From an uncultured Bacteroidales bacterium (GTDB lineage Bacteria; Bacteroidota; Bacteroidia; Bacteroidales; CAIWKO01), in contig CAYXXU010000003.1 of the NCBI GenBank assembly GCA_964469155.1, positions 24,511-88,510 of the forward strand: a DNA stretch of 64,000 nucleotides, read 5' to 3'. Position 1 is the stretch's first letter, and each line of letters begins with the position of its first letter. Made by a program: the position numbers and the translations under genes. Positions 44,951 through 53,380 of this stretch are shown piece by piece. The notes under the pieces are model-generated. The model made no database searches and was not told the origin of the DNA. It saw only the letters and a program-made list of their open reading frames with translations.

Positions 44951-45751
44951 ATGAAAATTCAATACTGCGCCGACCTGCACCTGGAGTTCCCTGAAAACAA
45001 AGAATTCCTGAAAAAACACCCTTTAATCCCCAAAGGCGAGGTCCTCATTATGGCCGGTGATATTGTCCCTTTTCGGATAATGGACAAGCATCAGGATTTC
45101 TTCGATTTTGTATCCGATAACTTTGAAATTACCTATTGGATTCCGGGCAACCATGAATATTATCATTCCGATCTGTCTGAAAAGCAAGGCGGCTTTACCG
45201 AAAAGATCAGGGAAAATGTAGTTTTATTGAACAATACATCGGTAATTCTGAATAATATCCGGTTTATTTTCTCAACGTTGTGGACACAAATAAGCAAAGA
45301 AAACGAATGGCTTATCAGACAGCGATTGAATGACTTTCACGTAATTGCTTATAATAACGGCCATTTGCTACCGGCCACGTATAATAAATTGCACGACGAA
45401 TCCCTTGTGTTTATTAAAAAAGAGCTCTGTAGTTCAGCAAGTGAGAGAAAAGTTGTTGTAACTCATCATGTCCCCACCTTAATGAATTATCCTGAGAAAT
45501 ATAAAGGTGATGCCTTGAACGAAGCATTTGCAGTTGAACTTCATGATTTAATTCTGGAATCTGTCCCGGAATATTGGATTTATGGACATCATCATACAAA
45601 TATTGCTGATTTTAAGATTGGGAATACTAATCTTCTTACTAATCAACTTGGCTATGTACGATATAATGAACATGCTGGTTTTGATAAAAACAAACATTTT
45701 GAAACTTTTATTGATGATAATCAGTATAATAAAGCTACTTTTGCACAATAA
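44951..45751 (+). CDS. Calcineurin-like metallophosphoesterase
   Basis: CADLHLEF, MAGDIVPF, IPGNHEYY, VVTHHVP, IYGHHH motifs in canonical order. Confidence 0.8.
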   Translation: MKIQYCADLHLEFPENKEFLKKHPLIPKGEVLIMAGDIVPFRIMDKHQDFFDFVSDNFEITYWIPGNHEYYHSDLSEKQGGFTEKIRENVVLLNNTSVILNNIRFIFSTLWTQISKENEWLIRQRLNDFHVIAYNNGHLLPATYNKLHDESLVFIKKELCSSASERKVVVTHHVPTLMNYPEKYKGDALNEAFAVELHDLILESVPEYWIYGHHHTNIADFKIGNTNLLTNQLGYVRYNEHAGFDKNKHFETFIDDNQYNKATFAQ

Positions 45752-45791
45752 AGCATTGAACTTTATTATACATTTTTAACTTTATCAAGAA

Positions 45792-46808
45792 ATGGAAATG
45801 AAAAAACTGCAACAATACTTAAAGGAGATCCTGGGAGTAGAACTCCAATATCAGCCAATAAACAAGGCGAAGCTCGGTAAGATGCCCTATTACATGGGAG
45901 AAATCTATCGTCTTTTTGAGGCTCACTTGTTAGACTTGTCTTTTATACTTGTTGAAAAGCAGAACCCAGAGGAGTTCAGCATTATGCAAACCGAAATACA
46001 TTTTAAAACAATCAGGAACGCTTTTAATAAAAAAGTGGTGCTGTTTGCCCATGACATGACATATTTGAACCGGCGGCGCCTGGTTGAGAAAGGGATAAAT
46101 TTTGTGGTTCCGGGTAAACAACTTTTTTTACCCGATTTTCTGATTGATTTAAGAGAAGATTTCAGCGTGAATAAAAATACAAACAAAAAAAAAACACTGT
46201 TGCCTTCAGCCCAGTTCATAGCCATCTACAGAATTATTCACAGGCATGATAAAATCCAAATTGAAGATATGCCATTTAAAGAACTGGCATTAAAACTAAA
46301 GTACACCCCGATGGCAATAACAAATGCTGCAGAAAACTTATTGTATCATGAGGTATGCACTATTGCTGGAGAAAAAGAAAAATATTTACGATTTAATCTT
46401 GACATTCCCAAAATGTGGAACGATCTTGAACATCGTAAACTTTTGGTAAACCCTATAATTAAAACTGTCTACGTAGATCAGGTTGTCGGAGAACCTTTTT
46501 TGCTTTATTGCAATGCTTCCGCATTGCCGGAATATTCCGACATGAATCCCAGCAGGCAGCAATACAAAGCCATAGAGAAAAAACTATTTTACAAGCTGCT
46601 TAAAGATGGCGCGTTAACGAATCTCAATAATAATGAAGGCAATATCTGCCTGGAAGTATGGAAATACGATCCGCTGGCATTAGCAAGTGACATGCACAAT
46701 CAAAGTCCGGTTGTTGATCCTCTTTCACTATATCTCACACTAAAGGATATGCCGGATGAAAGAACAGAAATGGCTTTGGAAAAAATAATTGAAAATAATA
46801 TATGGTAA
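45792..46808 (+). CDS. Hypothetical protein (338 aa), probable partner of the downstream nucleotidyltransferase
   Basis: 7-nt overlap with the next gene; no motif recognised. Confidence 0.5.
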   Translation: MEMKKLQQYLKEILGVELQYQPINKAKLGKMPYYMGEIYRLFEAHLLDLSFILVEKQNPEEFSIMQTEIHFKTIRNAFNKKVVLFAHDMTYLNRRRLVEKGINFVVPGKQLFLPDFLIDLREDFSVNKNTNKKKTLLPSAQFIAIYRIIHRHDKIQIEDMPFKELALKLKYTPMAITNAAENLLYHEVCTIAGEKEKYLRFNLDIPKMWNDLEHRKLLVNPIIKTVYVDQVVGEPFLLYCNASALPEYSDMNPSRQQYKAIEKKLFYKLLKDGALTNLNNNEGNICLEVWKYDPLALASDMHNQSPVVDPLSLYLTLKDMPDERTEMALEKIIENNIW

Positions 46809-47569
46809 GAGGAATAGAAAAATTCAGGGAATATTTTAAGGATTTTCCCGACAATTATGTAATAATTGGTGGCACTGCCTGTGATATAATAATCAGCGAT
46901 GCCGAACTCACACCCCGTGCGACTAAGGATATTGACATTATTCTGGTGGTGGAAGCATTAAATCCAGAATTCGTAAAACGCTTCTGGGAATTTGTAAAGA
47001 CGGCAAATTATGAGCGACAGGAAGTGGGTGGCGAAGAACGGAAATATTATCGTTTCATTAAGCCGGCAGACAATGAGTTTCCGATGCAGATTGAATTGTT
47101 TTCGCGCAAGCCCGATGTGATTATTCTTGAAGAAGGCGCCTACCTTACGCCTATTCCGTTTGATGATGACCTCTCCAGCCTTTCTGCTATATTGCTGAGC
47201 GATGATTATTACAACTATATGATAAAGCATAGCACCCTGGAAAACGGCTTGCATCTTGCAAATACCGAAGCCCTGATATGCCTGAAAGCTAAAGCATATT
47301 TAGAGATTGCTGAGCGTATTGCCCAGGGGAAGAATGAAGATTCAAAAAACTTGCGTAAACATAAAGCCGATGTGTTTCGCTTAACGCTAATGCTAACTGC
47401 GGACAATGTTTTTGATTTACCTGAAAGCATTAAATCACATTTGCAAACATTTGCAGATACAGTTGCCAATGATTTGCCCGATAAAGCTATTTTCAATAAA
47501 ATGGGTATTGGAAATGTTGATGCAAATGCTATATTTAAACAATTGTTACAGAATTTTAATTTAAAATAA
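46802..47569 (+). CDS. Nucleotidyltransferase-fold protein (AbiEii/MNT-like)
   Basis: VIIGGTACDIIISDAEL...ATKDIDIILVV resembles the GG[ST]..x..DxD pol-beta NTase signature. Confidence 0.55.
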   Translation: MVRGIEKFREYFKDFPDNYVIIGGTACDIIISDAELTPRATKDIDIILVVEALNPEFVKRFWEFVKTANYERQEVGGEERKYYRFIKPADNEFPMQIELFSRKPDVIILEEGAYLTPIPFDDDLSSLSAILLSDDYYNYMIKHSTLENGLHLANTEALICLKAKAYLEIAERIAQGKNEDSKNLRKHKADVFRLTLMLTADNVFDLPESIKSHLQTFADTVANDLPDKAIFNKMGIGNVDANAIFKQLLQNFNLK

Positions 47570-47593
47570 TCAACTAAAAATTATGAAATCATT

Positions 47594-47717
47594 GTACATC
47601 CTCACACCATGAGAAATTGGCTTAAACCTATCTGGAATTCACTTCGAATAAATGGAAGGCGCAGTTTCCTTCCATGGCAAATAAAATGATTTATGATTTT
47701 TTAGAATCTCCCAAACT
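47594..47717 (+). pseudogene. Degenerate, 5'-truncated and frameshifted copy of the HTH gene at 48242-48433
   Basis: Aligns with 48290-48413 at roughly 85 percent identity by eye (VHPHTMRNWLKPIWNSLRINGRRSFLPWQIK), with a 1-nt deletion (aaaatgattt vs aaaattgattt). Confidence 0.75.
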
Positions 47718-47746
47718 TGAATTATTTCAAAATAAAAACGACTCAA

Positions 47747-47953
47747 CTATTTTTCGTCGTATTTTCTATTTGAATTACGAAACTCTTCAATTGGATATTT
47801 CTGTTCATTCTTCTCTATCTTATTTTTAAGAGCATCCTCGAGGTTAATATCGAAGCTATCTGCTAAGAGAATCAGAGAATAAAACACATCCCCCAATTCA
47901 TCTGCGAGTTTGCTTTTATTAACGTACTTATCCTGATCTATATAGATACATCA
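47747..47953 (-). pseudogene. Remnant of a MazG-like nucleoside-triphosphate pyrophosphohydrolase (C-terminal half only)
   Basis: Frame reads ...KLADELGDVFYSLILLADSFDINLEDALKNKIEKNEQKYP..., typical of the MazG C-terminal helix pair. The ATG supplied by the 51-bp repeat is in a different frame (MMYLYRSG-stop). Confidence 0.6.
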
Positions 47954-47994
47954 TTTTTAATAAATGTCAAGTTTTTTGCGCAAAAAACTTGACA
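47944..47994. repeat. 51-bp direct repeat, copy 2, with the 30-bp perfect palindrome (47965-47994)
   Basis: Identical to 43791-43841. Confidence 0.9.
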
Positions 47995-48027
47995 TAGCTT
48001 AATCCTTTTTGACTACTGTACACAAAA

Positions 48028-48225
48028 ATGATTGATCTGAATAATAGGCCAAATACCGCCAAACAATGCCAGCTAGTGTCAAAAAAATCAAAATCGTTGA
48101 AGGGGATTTATCCATATTATATTTGGGCAAAACTTAAAATTTATGCCCAGACGAGGCAAAGATTTGAAAATACTCGAATACGAAATGCTCTTGTAAAAAT
48201 GATAAAAAATCCTTATTATTTTTGA
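48028..48225 (+). CDS. Hypothetical small basic protein (65 aa)
   Basis: ORF only; lies between the palindrome and the HTH gene. Confidence 0.3.
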   Translation: MIDLNNRPNTAKQCQLVSKKSKSLKGIYPYYIWAKLKIYAQTRQRFENTRIRNALVKMIKNPYYF

Positions 48226-48241
48226 AGAAAACTTAAATCTC

Positions 48242-48433
48242 ATGCCCGGAAAAGTCAAAAACCTATCAGAAATTGCTAACGAATACGGGGTACACCCTCA
48301 TACAATGAGAAATTGGCTTAAACCTATATGGACTTCACTTCGAATACAAGGGAGACGAAGCTTCCTTCCGTGGCAAATAAAATTGATTTACGATTTTCTG
48401 GACGCTCCTGAGTTTTTAAATGACAGGAAGTAA
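48242..48433 (+). CDS. Small HTH protein (excisionase/regulator candidate)
   Basis: LSEIANEYGVHPHTMRNWLKPIW helix-turn-helix-like; adjacent to the integrase. Confidence 0.55.
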   Translation: MPGKVKNLSEIANEYGVHPHTMRNWLKPIWTSLRIQGRRSFLPWQIKLIYDFLDAPEFLNDRK

Positions 48434-48618
48434 ACTTTCAGCCACACCTTTGTCACAAATTTAGCACATAATTGTGATGAATTAGAACGACTATTACTCA
48501 TATTTCATTGTCTCTTCAGGATGATACCTGAATTTTACTAAATGTTTACTATGCTTACTTAAAATCTTCTCGAATTTAACTTAAATTCTACTCAAGAATA
48601 AAATTTTCTACTCAATTT

Positions 48619-49896
48619 TCACTCGGATTTTACTTCATTCTTACTTGTTTTCTTGTTTTCGAGCTGACCCCAGGTCCTATCCATTTCCTTTTTCTTGAAA
48701 TCTTCAGCAATTTTTACATAACGGTTGAAGTTTTTATCTCGTTTATGCCCAGAAATTCCACGGGCAGCCATATAATTCATGCCGAGTATGATGCTGTTAG
48801 TGAGAAAAGTTTTGCGCGCAGTATGTGTTGTGATTAATTCGTGCTTAGGAAAAACCGATTCTACAGTCTTTCCACCATAAAAACGTGTCAATGACACAGG
48901 GGAATTAATCTTAGCTTTTTCGCAACACTCTTTTATATATTCATTGAGCTTTTGATCGGATATTGTCGGCAAAGGGTTTACCCCTTCATCTTTGTATTTA
49001 TCTAAAATCTGTTGTGAATATTGGTTAAGTGGAATAGTTTCAATCACCTTGGTTTTACGAATAGTTTTCTGAATATAACCATCTTTTATATGCTCTCGCC
49101 TCAATTCCTGAATATCCGATATTCTAAAACCTGTGAAACAACCGAAACAGTATATATCCCGGGCTTTCTCTAATCTGTCAGATTCAAATTTAAAATTGTA
49201 CAAAGTCAATAGTTCATCAATGGTTAGGAAAATGATCTCCTTTTCACGCTCCGGTGTCGAGAATTTATGGAAGTGATCGCTGATATTGGCTCCCCTATCC
49301 TGTGCCCACGAAAGAAATGATTTTAACACATTGGTGATCTTTGCAAAATAATTGTCCTGAACGATAGTTTCACGCTTTACAAATGCGTAATTCTTGAGGC
49401 TATCGTAAAAGCTCATGTCAAGCGCATTCAGGTCTATGTGAGTTTTGGTATCTTTTTCAAAATCCTTTAAAAAACTTTTTACTGATTCGTATCCCTTGAC
49501 AGTCCACTTTGCTTTATCTGGCCTGGATGATTCTATATAATCATCAAACCATTCAAAGAATTCTTTCTTTTCATTACGAGTTCGTTTTCCAGCAAACCAG
49601 TTCTTAAAATAGGCATCGCTTAAAGTAAGATCATTATCAATTGCATTCTGGATCGCTCCTTCTGCTTTCCTTCGATAAATGCGTATCATTTTATTAATAT
49701 GATCATGATTATTATCCTCCTCCCTTTGCGTTGGCGGTCTGACAATCTGTTTGTTAGAGTTCCAAAACTTTGGATTTATTGTACAATTTATAAAGATCAC
49801 TGTACGTTTCTGATGGTAAGTGATGCGCATAATAATCGATTTTTCACCAGATTTATTTATCTTTCCTGGTTTGAGATAAAAGTTTATATTTGCCAT
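48619..49896 (-). CDS. Tyrosine site-specific integrase (Bacteroidota type with N-terminal Arm DNA-binding domain)
   Basis: N-terminus MANINFYLKPGKINKSGEKSIIMRITY, SAM-like core-binding domain, catalytic GFRISD (R), HTARKTF (HxxR), GHKRDKNFNRY (H..Y). Confidence 0.9.
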   Translation of the reverse strand: MANINFYLKPGKINKSGEKSIIMRITYHQKRTVIFINCTINPKFWNSNKQIVRPPTQREEDNNHDHINKMIRIYRRKAEGAIQNAIDNDLTLSDAYFKNWFAGKRTRNEKKEFFEWFDDYIESSRPDKAKWTVKGYESVKSFLKDFEKDTKTHIDLNALDMSFYDSLKNYAFVKRETIVQDNYFAKITNVLKSFLSWAQDRGANISDHFHKFSTPEREKEIIFLTIDELLTLYNFKFESDRLEKARDIYCFGCFTGFRISDIQELRREHIKDGYIQKTIRKTKVIETIPLNQYSQQILDKYKDEGVNPLPTISDQKLNEYIKECCEKAKINSPVSLTRFYGGKTVESVFPKHELITTHTARKTFLTNSIILGMNYMAARGISGHKRDKNFNRYVKIAEDFKKKEMDRTWGQLENKKTSKNEVKSE

Positions 49897-49934
49897 TTAC
49901 ATTGAATTTCATGAGTACAAAGATAATAAAAAAT

Positions 49935-49959
49935 GGGTACCCAAATTGAGTACCCAAAT
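49935..49959 (+). promoter_or_regulatory. Tandem GGGTACCCAAAT / GAGTACCCAAAT motifs, candidate arm-type integrase sites (right end)
   Basis: Two copies 13 bp apart, plus weaker copies nearby (atgagtacaaag at ~49911). Same family as 8568-8591. Confidence 0.5.
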
Positions 49960-50063
49960 TTTTGTAAAAAAAGAGTATAAATGATTAAAAGAAGATTAAA
50001 CAATAAATTATAAATATTTGATTTACAGTATTTTTAGAAATTAAAAGTAAAGCATAATAAAAT

Positions 50064-50087
50064 AGGTTCGTGTCCTGTTCCGGGCAC
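50064..50087. repeat. attR-type direct repeat (orphan 3' fragment of tRNA-Leu(CAG))
   Basis: aggttcgtgtcctgttccgggcac, 23/24 identical to 8499-8522; no 5' tRNA half upstream. Confidence 0.85.
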
Positions 50088-50092
50088 AAAAC

Positions 50093-50117
50093 AGCAGACT
50101 TCGGTCTGCTTTTTTTA
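50093..50117 (+). terminator. Rho-independent terminator (probably the original tRNA-Leu terminator)
   Basis: agcagac-ttcg-gtctgct hairpin with UUCG tetraloop followed by T7. Confidence 0.75.
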
Positions 50118-50318
50118 TTTCCTACAGCTTCGGTCTAACTAAGGACTGTTAATTATATCAATTCAAATTTGATCCCAATCCATTATAATCAGAAAGGCAG
50201 CCGAAACTCCTAGTCACTAAATTATACCAAAGCTATACGAGTTTTATTTTAATTTTGGTGAGAATTGGTGTATTAGTGATTTGGTGGCAAAAAAACAAAT
50301 TTTCGCAGGAGATTCGAT

Positions 50319-50326
50319 TATCTTTG
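50319..50326 (+). promoter_or_regulatory. Bacteroidota -7 promoter box TATCTTTG
   Basis: Exact TAnnTTTG match 14 nt upstream of the TTG start at 50340. Confidence 0.5.
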
Positions 50327-50339
50327 TAAAAAATAACCA

Positions 50340-51455
50340 TTGAAGAAAGCTATTGTCTCGGTAATTAATGACATGGTGACCGATCAAAGAGTCGACAGGA
50401 CATGCATGACTTTAGTGAAACTTGGTTTTACTGTGTTGTTGGTCGGCAGAAAGAAGAAGAATAGCTATGACCTGCCCGAAAGAAAATACAGAATGCATCG
50501 TTTTAGTATGCTTTTTGAAAAAGGACCCTTGTTTTATGCTTTTTATAATATCCGCTTATTTTTTCTGCTCCTGTTCAAAAAATCCGACCTGCTGTTTGCC
50601 AATGATCTCGACACTCTCCTCCCCAACTATCTTGTTTCAAAATTAAAGAATATACCGCTGGTTTACGATAGCCATGAGTACTTTACCGAGGTTCCTGAAT
50701 TGGTCGGCAGGCCATTTGTTCAGAAAACCTGGAAACGCATAGAAGGTTTTGTTTTTCCCAAATTAAATGATATCATAACGGTAAATGAGTCAATCGCCCA
50801 GCTTTATGAAAAACAATATCATAAAACGCTTACTGTGGTCCGTAATGTTTCACCCAGGGTTTCGCATGGTACGATTAAGACGCGCAAAGAACTGGGCCTG
50901 CCCGAAGACAAACACATAATCATTCTGCAGGGAGCCGGCATAAATATCGATAGGGGCTCCGAAGAAGCGCTGGAAGCCATGCAGTATATTGATAACGCCA
51001 TACTGATGATAGTAGGCGACGGAGATGTGATCCCCCTATTAAAAGAAAAAGCAAAAGAACCCTGTTATATGGGTAAGGTTTTGTTCATTTCGAAACAACC
51101 TTTCCGGCAATTGTATCAGTATACTGTAAATGCCGACCTGGGGCTTACCCTGGATAAAGATACCAATATCAATTACCGCTACAGTTTGCCAAATAAATTG
51201 TTCGATTACATTCATGCCGGAATACCCGTTTTGGCCTCTCCCCTGCCAGAGATAAAAATGATCATTGACGCATTTCAGATCGGTTGCACTATTGAGAGCC
51301 ATGATGCCAGACATATTGCCGAAAAGATGCAATTAATGTTATCCGACGCCAATTCGATGATTGTGTGGAAAAAAAATCTTACACTTGCATCTGAAAAGCT
51401 CAATTGGGAAAACGAAGAACTAATACTACTAAAGGTACTGCAGAAATATGCCTAA
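50340..51455 (+). CDS. Glycosyltransferase (GT-B fold, family 4/1-like)
   Basis: Typical GT1 layout with the C-terminal EALEAM...GDG...LPNKLFDYIHAGIPVLAS region. TTG start. Confidence 0.75.
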   Translation: MKKAIVSVINDMVTDQRVDRTCMTLVKLGFTVLLVGRKKKNSYDLPERKYRMHRFSMLFEKGPLFYAFYNIRLFFLLLFKKSDLLFANDLDTLLPNYLVSKLKNIPLVYDSHEYFTEVPELVGRPFVQKTWKRIEGFVFPKLNDIITVNESIAQLYEKQYHKTLTVVRNVSPRVSHGTIKTRKELGLPEDKHIIILQGAGINIDRGSEEALEAMQYIDNAILMIVGDGDVIPLLKEKAKEPCYMGKVLFISKQPFRQLYQYTVNADLGLTLDKDTNINYRYSLPNKLFDYIHAGIPVLASPLPEIKMIIDAFQIGCTIESHDARHIAEKMQLMLSDANSMIVWKKNLTLASEKLNWENEELILLKVLQKYA

Positions 51456-52572
51456 CAAAACGGTCCATATCATCGCTTTCGACATTCCGGTTCCTGTGAA
51501 CTATGGAGGCGCCATCGACATCTTTTACAAACTGAAAAGCCTGAAAAATGCGGGAATAAAAATAATCCTTCATTGTTTCGAATACGAGCGCAAGCCATCG
51601 GCCATGCTTTATGAGTTCTGCGAAAAGGTGTATTATTATAAGCGCAATATTTCCAAAACCAAGCTTTTCAACAGCAAACCCTATATTGTTGTGACCCGCG
51701 ATTCGAAAGACCTTTTGAAACTGTTGCTGCAGGACGATCACCCCATTCTGTTCGAAGGTTTGCATACTACGTATTTTTTGAATGACAAAAGGATTCGCAA
51801 CAGGCGCAAAATTGTCAGAACCCACAATATTGAGCATGATTATTATAAGAACCTTGCCTCTGTGGAAAAAGACCTTTTTAAAAGGTATTATTTCATGAAT
51901 GAGGCCGGAAAGCTTGCCAAATATGAAAAGGTGCTTGAATATGCCGAAGGCATTGCTGCCATTTCGAAAAACGATACTACTTACCTTTCCACCAAATACA
52001 GAAATGTACAGACGGTTTCGGCTTTTCATGCCAACGAAACCATTACTTCCAAACCCGGAAAAGGCACCTTTGTACTTTACCATGGCAGCCTCGAAATAGG
52101 TGAGAATAACGAAGCTGCCCTGTACCTGGTGAAAAATATCTTTGCTGGCACCAAATACCCTTTTATCATTGCCGGAAATAAACCTTCGAAAGAATTGAAA
52201 GCCGCCATTGCAGGGAAGAGCAATATAGAATTGAGGACCGGCATAACCAGCGAGGACATTTACGAACTGATCTCTGAGGCCCACATCAACATACTTCCTA
52301 CTTTTCAATCAACAGGCATAAAATTAAAGTTGCTGGCCGCCTTGTTTCGTGGCAGGCACTGCCTGGTCAACACGCCCATGATAGAAAATACGGGGCTCGA
52401 AAGCCTTTGCATTTGCAGAGACAGCATTGAAGATACCAGGAAAGAAGTTAAAAAACTGTTCCAGACGGATTTTAATGCCGGTGAAATTCAAAAAAGGGAG
52501 GAAGTGCTTTTACACAATGGCTTTTCGAACGAGTACAATTGCAGCAAGCTGATTGATATGCTTTTTTATTGA
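51448..52572 (+). CDS. Glycosyltransferase (GT-B fold, family 1-like)
   Basis: 8-nt overlap with the upstream GT. C-terminal FVLYHGSL...STGIKLKLLAALFRGRHCLVN, typical of GT1 donors. Confidence 0.65.
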   Translation: MPNKTVHIIAFDIPVPVNYGGAIDIFYKLKSLKNAGIKIILHCFEYERKPSAMLYEFCEKVYYYKRNISKTKLFNSKPYIVVTRDSKDLLKLLLQDDHPILFEGLHTTYFLNDKRIRNRRKIVRTHNIEHDYYKNLASVEKDLFKRYYFMNEAGKLAKYEKVLEYAEGIAAISKNDTTYLSTKYRNVQTVSAFHANETITSKPGKGTFVLYHGSLEIGENNEAALYLVKNIFAGTKYPFIIAGNKPSKELKAAIAGKSNIELRTGITSEDIYELISEAHINILPTFQSTGIKLKLLAALFRGRHCLVNTPMIENTGLESLCICRDSIEDTRKEVKKLFQTDFNAGEIQKREEVLLHNGFSNEYNCSKLIDMLFY

Positions 52573-53315
52573 TTTTTCTGGTTCTCCAACAACAAGCCGT
52601 TTTCGATACGAAGTGTCCTGGCAGGAAACCTGCGGAACAGTGAATAATCGTGTGTTGCCATAAACACGGCCGTTCCGGTCTTGCTGATATTCATCAGCAC
52701 TTTTAAAATATCCTCCGAAGTATCCGGATCGAGGTTGCCTGTGGGTTCATCAGCCAGTATCACTTCAGGATGATTGATCAGGGCACGGGCAATGGCAACC
52801 CTCTGTTGTTCACCACCCGAAAGCTGATTGGGCATCTTACTTCCTTTGCCGCTCAATCCGACATCCTCCAAAACTTCAATACATCTTTGTTTGCTATCGA
52901 TCTTACTGCTCCATCCGGTGGCATGCATTACAAAAAGCAGGTTCTCATCTACCGTTCTGTCGGTAAGCAACTGAAAATCCTGAAATACAATCCCCAGTTT
53001 CCGGCGCAAAAAAGGCACTTGTTTATGTTTTATAGTCCTGAGGTCGTAACCCACCACATGGGTAAAACCATCCATGGCAGGCAGGTCGGCATAAATAAGT
53101 TTCAGCAGGCTGCTCTTTCCGCTACCGGTAGGCCCGATCAGGTATACAAATTCGCCCCGCTCGATGCATACCGAAACATTGGCCAGAACCAGCGCACTGT
53201 TTTGAAACACCGATACCTTATCGAGTTGAATGATGGCATTGCTGCGTATTTTTTGAGTTTCTTCCATAAAATCAGATTCAGCATGTAAAATTAAGTTTTC
53301 TTGTCTATCCGGCAA
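52566..53315 (-). CDS. ftsE: Cell-division ABC ATPase FtsE
   Basis: GEFVYLIGPTGSGKSSLLKLIY, LSGGEQQRVAIARALINHPEVILADEPTGNLD, MATHD. The true start may be the internal ATG at 53267 (MEETQK). Confidence 0.85.
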   Translation of the reverse strand: MPDRQENLILHAESDFMEETQKIRSNAIIQLDKVSVFQNSALVLANVSVCIERGEFVYLIGPTGSGKSSLLKLIYADLPAMDGFTHVVGYDLRTIKHKQVPFLRRKLGIVFQDFQLLTDRTVDENLLFVMHATGWSSKIDSKQRCIEVLEDVGLSGKGSKMPNQLSGGEQQRVAIARALINHPEVILADEPTGNLDPDTSEDILKVLMNISKTGTAVFMATHDYSLFRRFPARTLRIENGLLLENQKNQ

Positions 53316-53380
53316 ACTTAAAATCGAATTTTGTATGCTTAGGGGAGCTTTTTTATTAACTTTGTGTAAAGTAGTGGGAC

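Larger units (their letters stand above)
8499..50087. mobile_element. ~41.5-kb tRNA-Leu-integrated genomic island (integrative element carrying a defence island)
   Basis: Direct repeats at both ends, tyrosine integrase, HTH/excisionase-like genes, primase-helicase, visibly AT-richer interior, housekeeping genes on both sides. Confidence 0.85.

Noticed and set aside
51400-52308. 302-aa minus-strand ORF
   Set aside because: Antisense shadow of the glycosyltransferase gene 51448-52572, whose product has clear GT1-type motifs. The shadow ORF has no recognisable motif and odd composition.
52770-53288. 172-aa plus-strand ORF
   Set aside because: Antisense to ftsE (Walker A/B and ABC signature on the minus strand).
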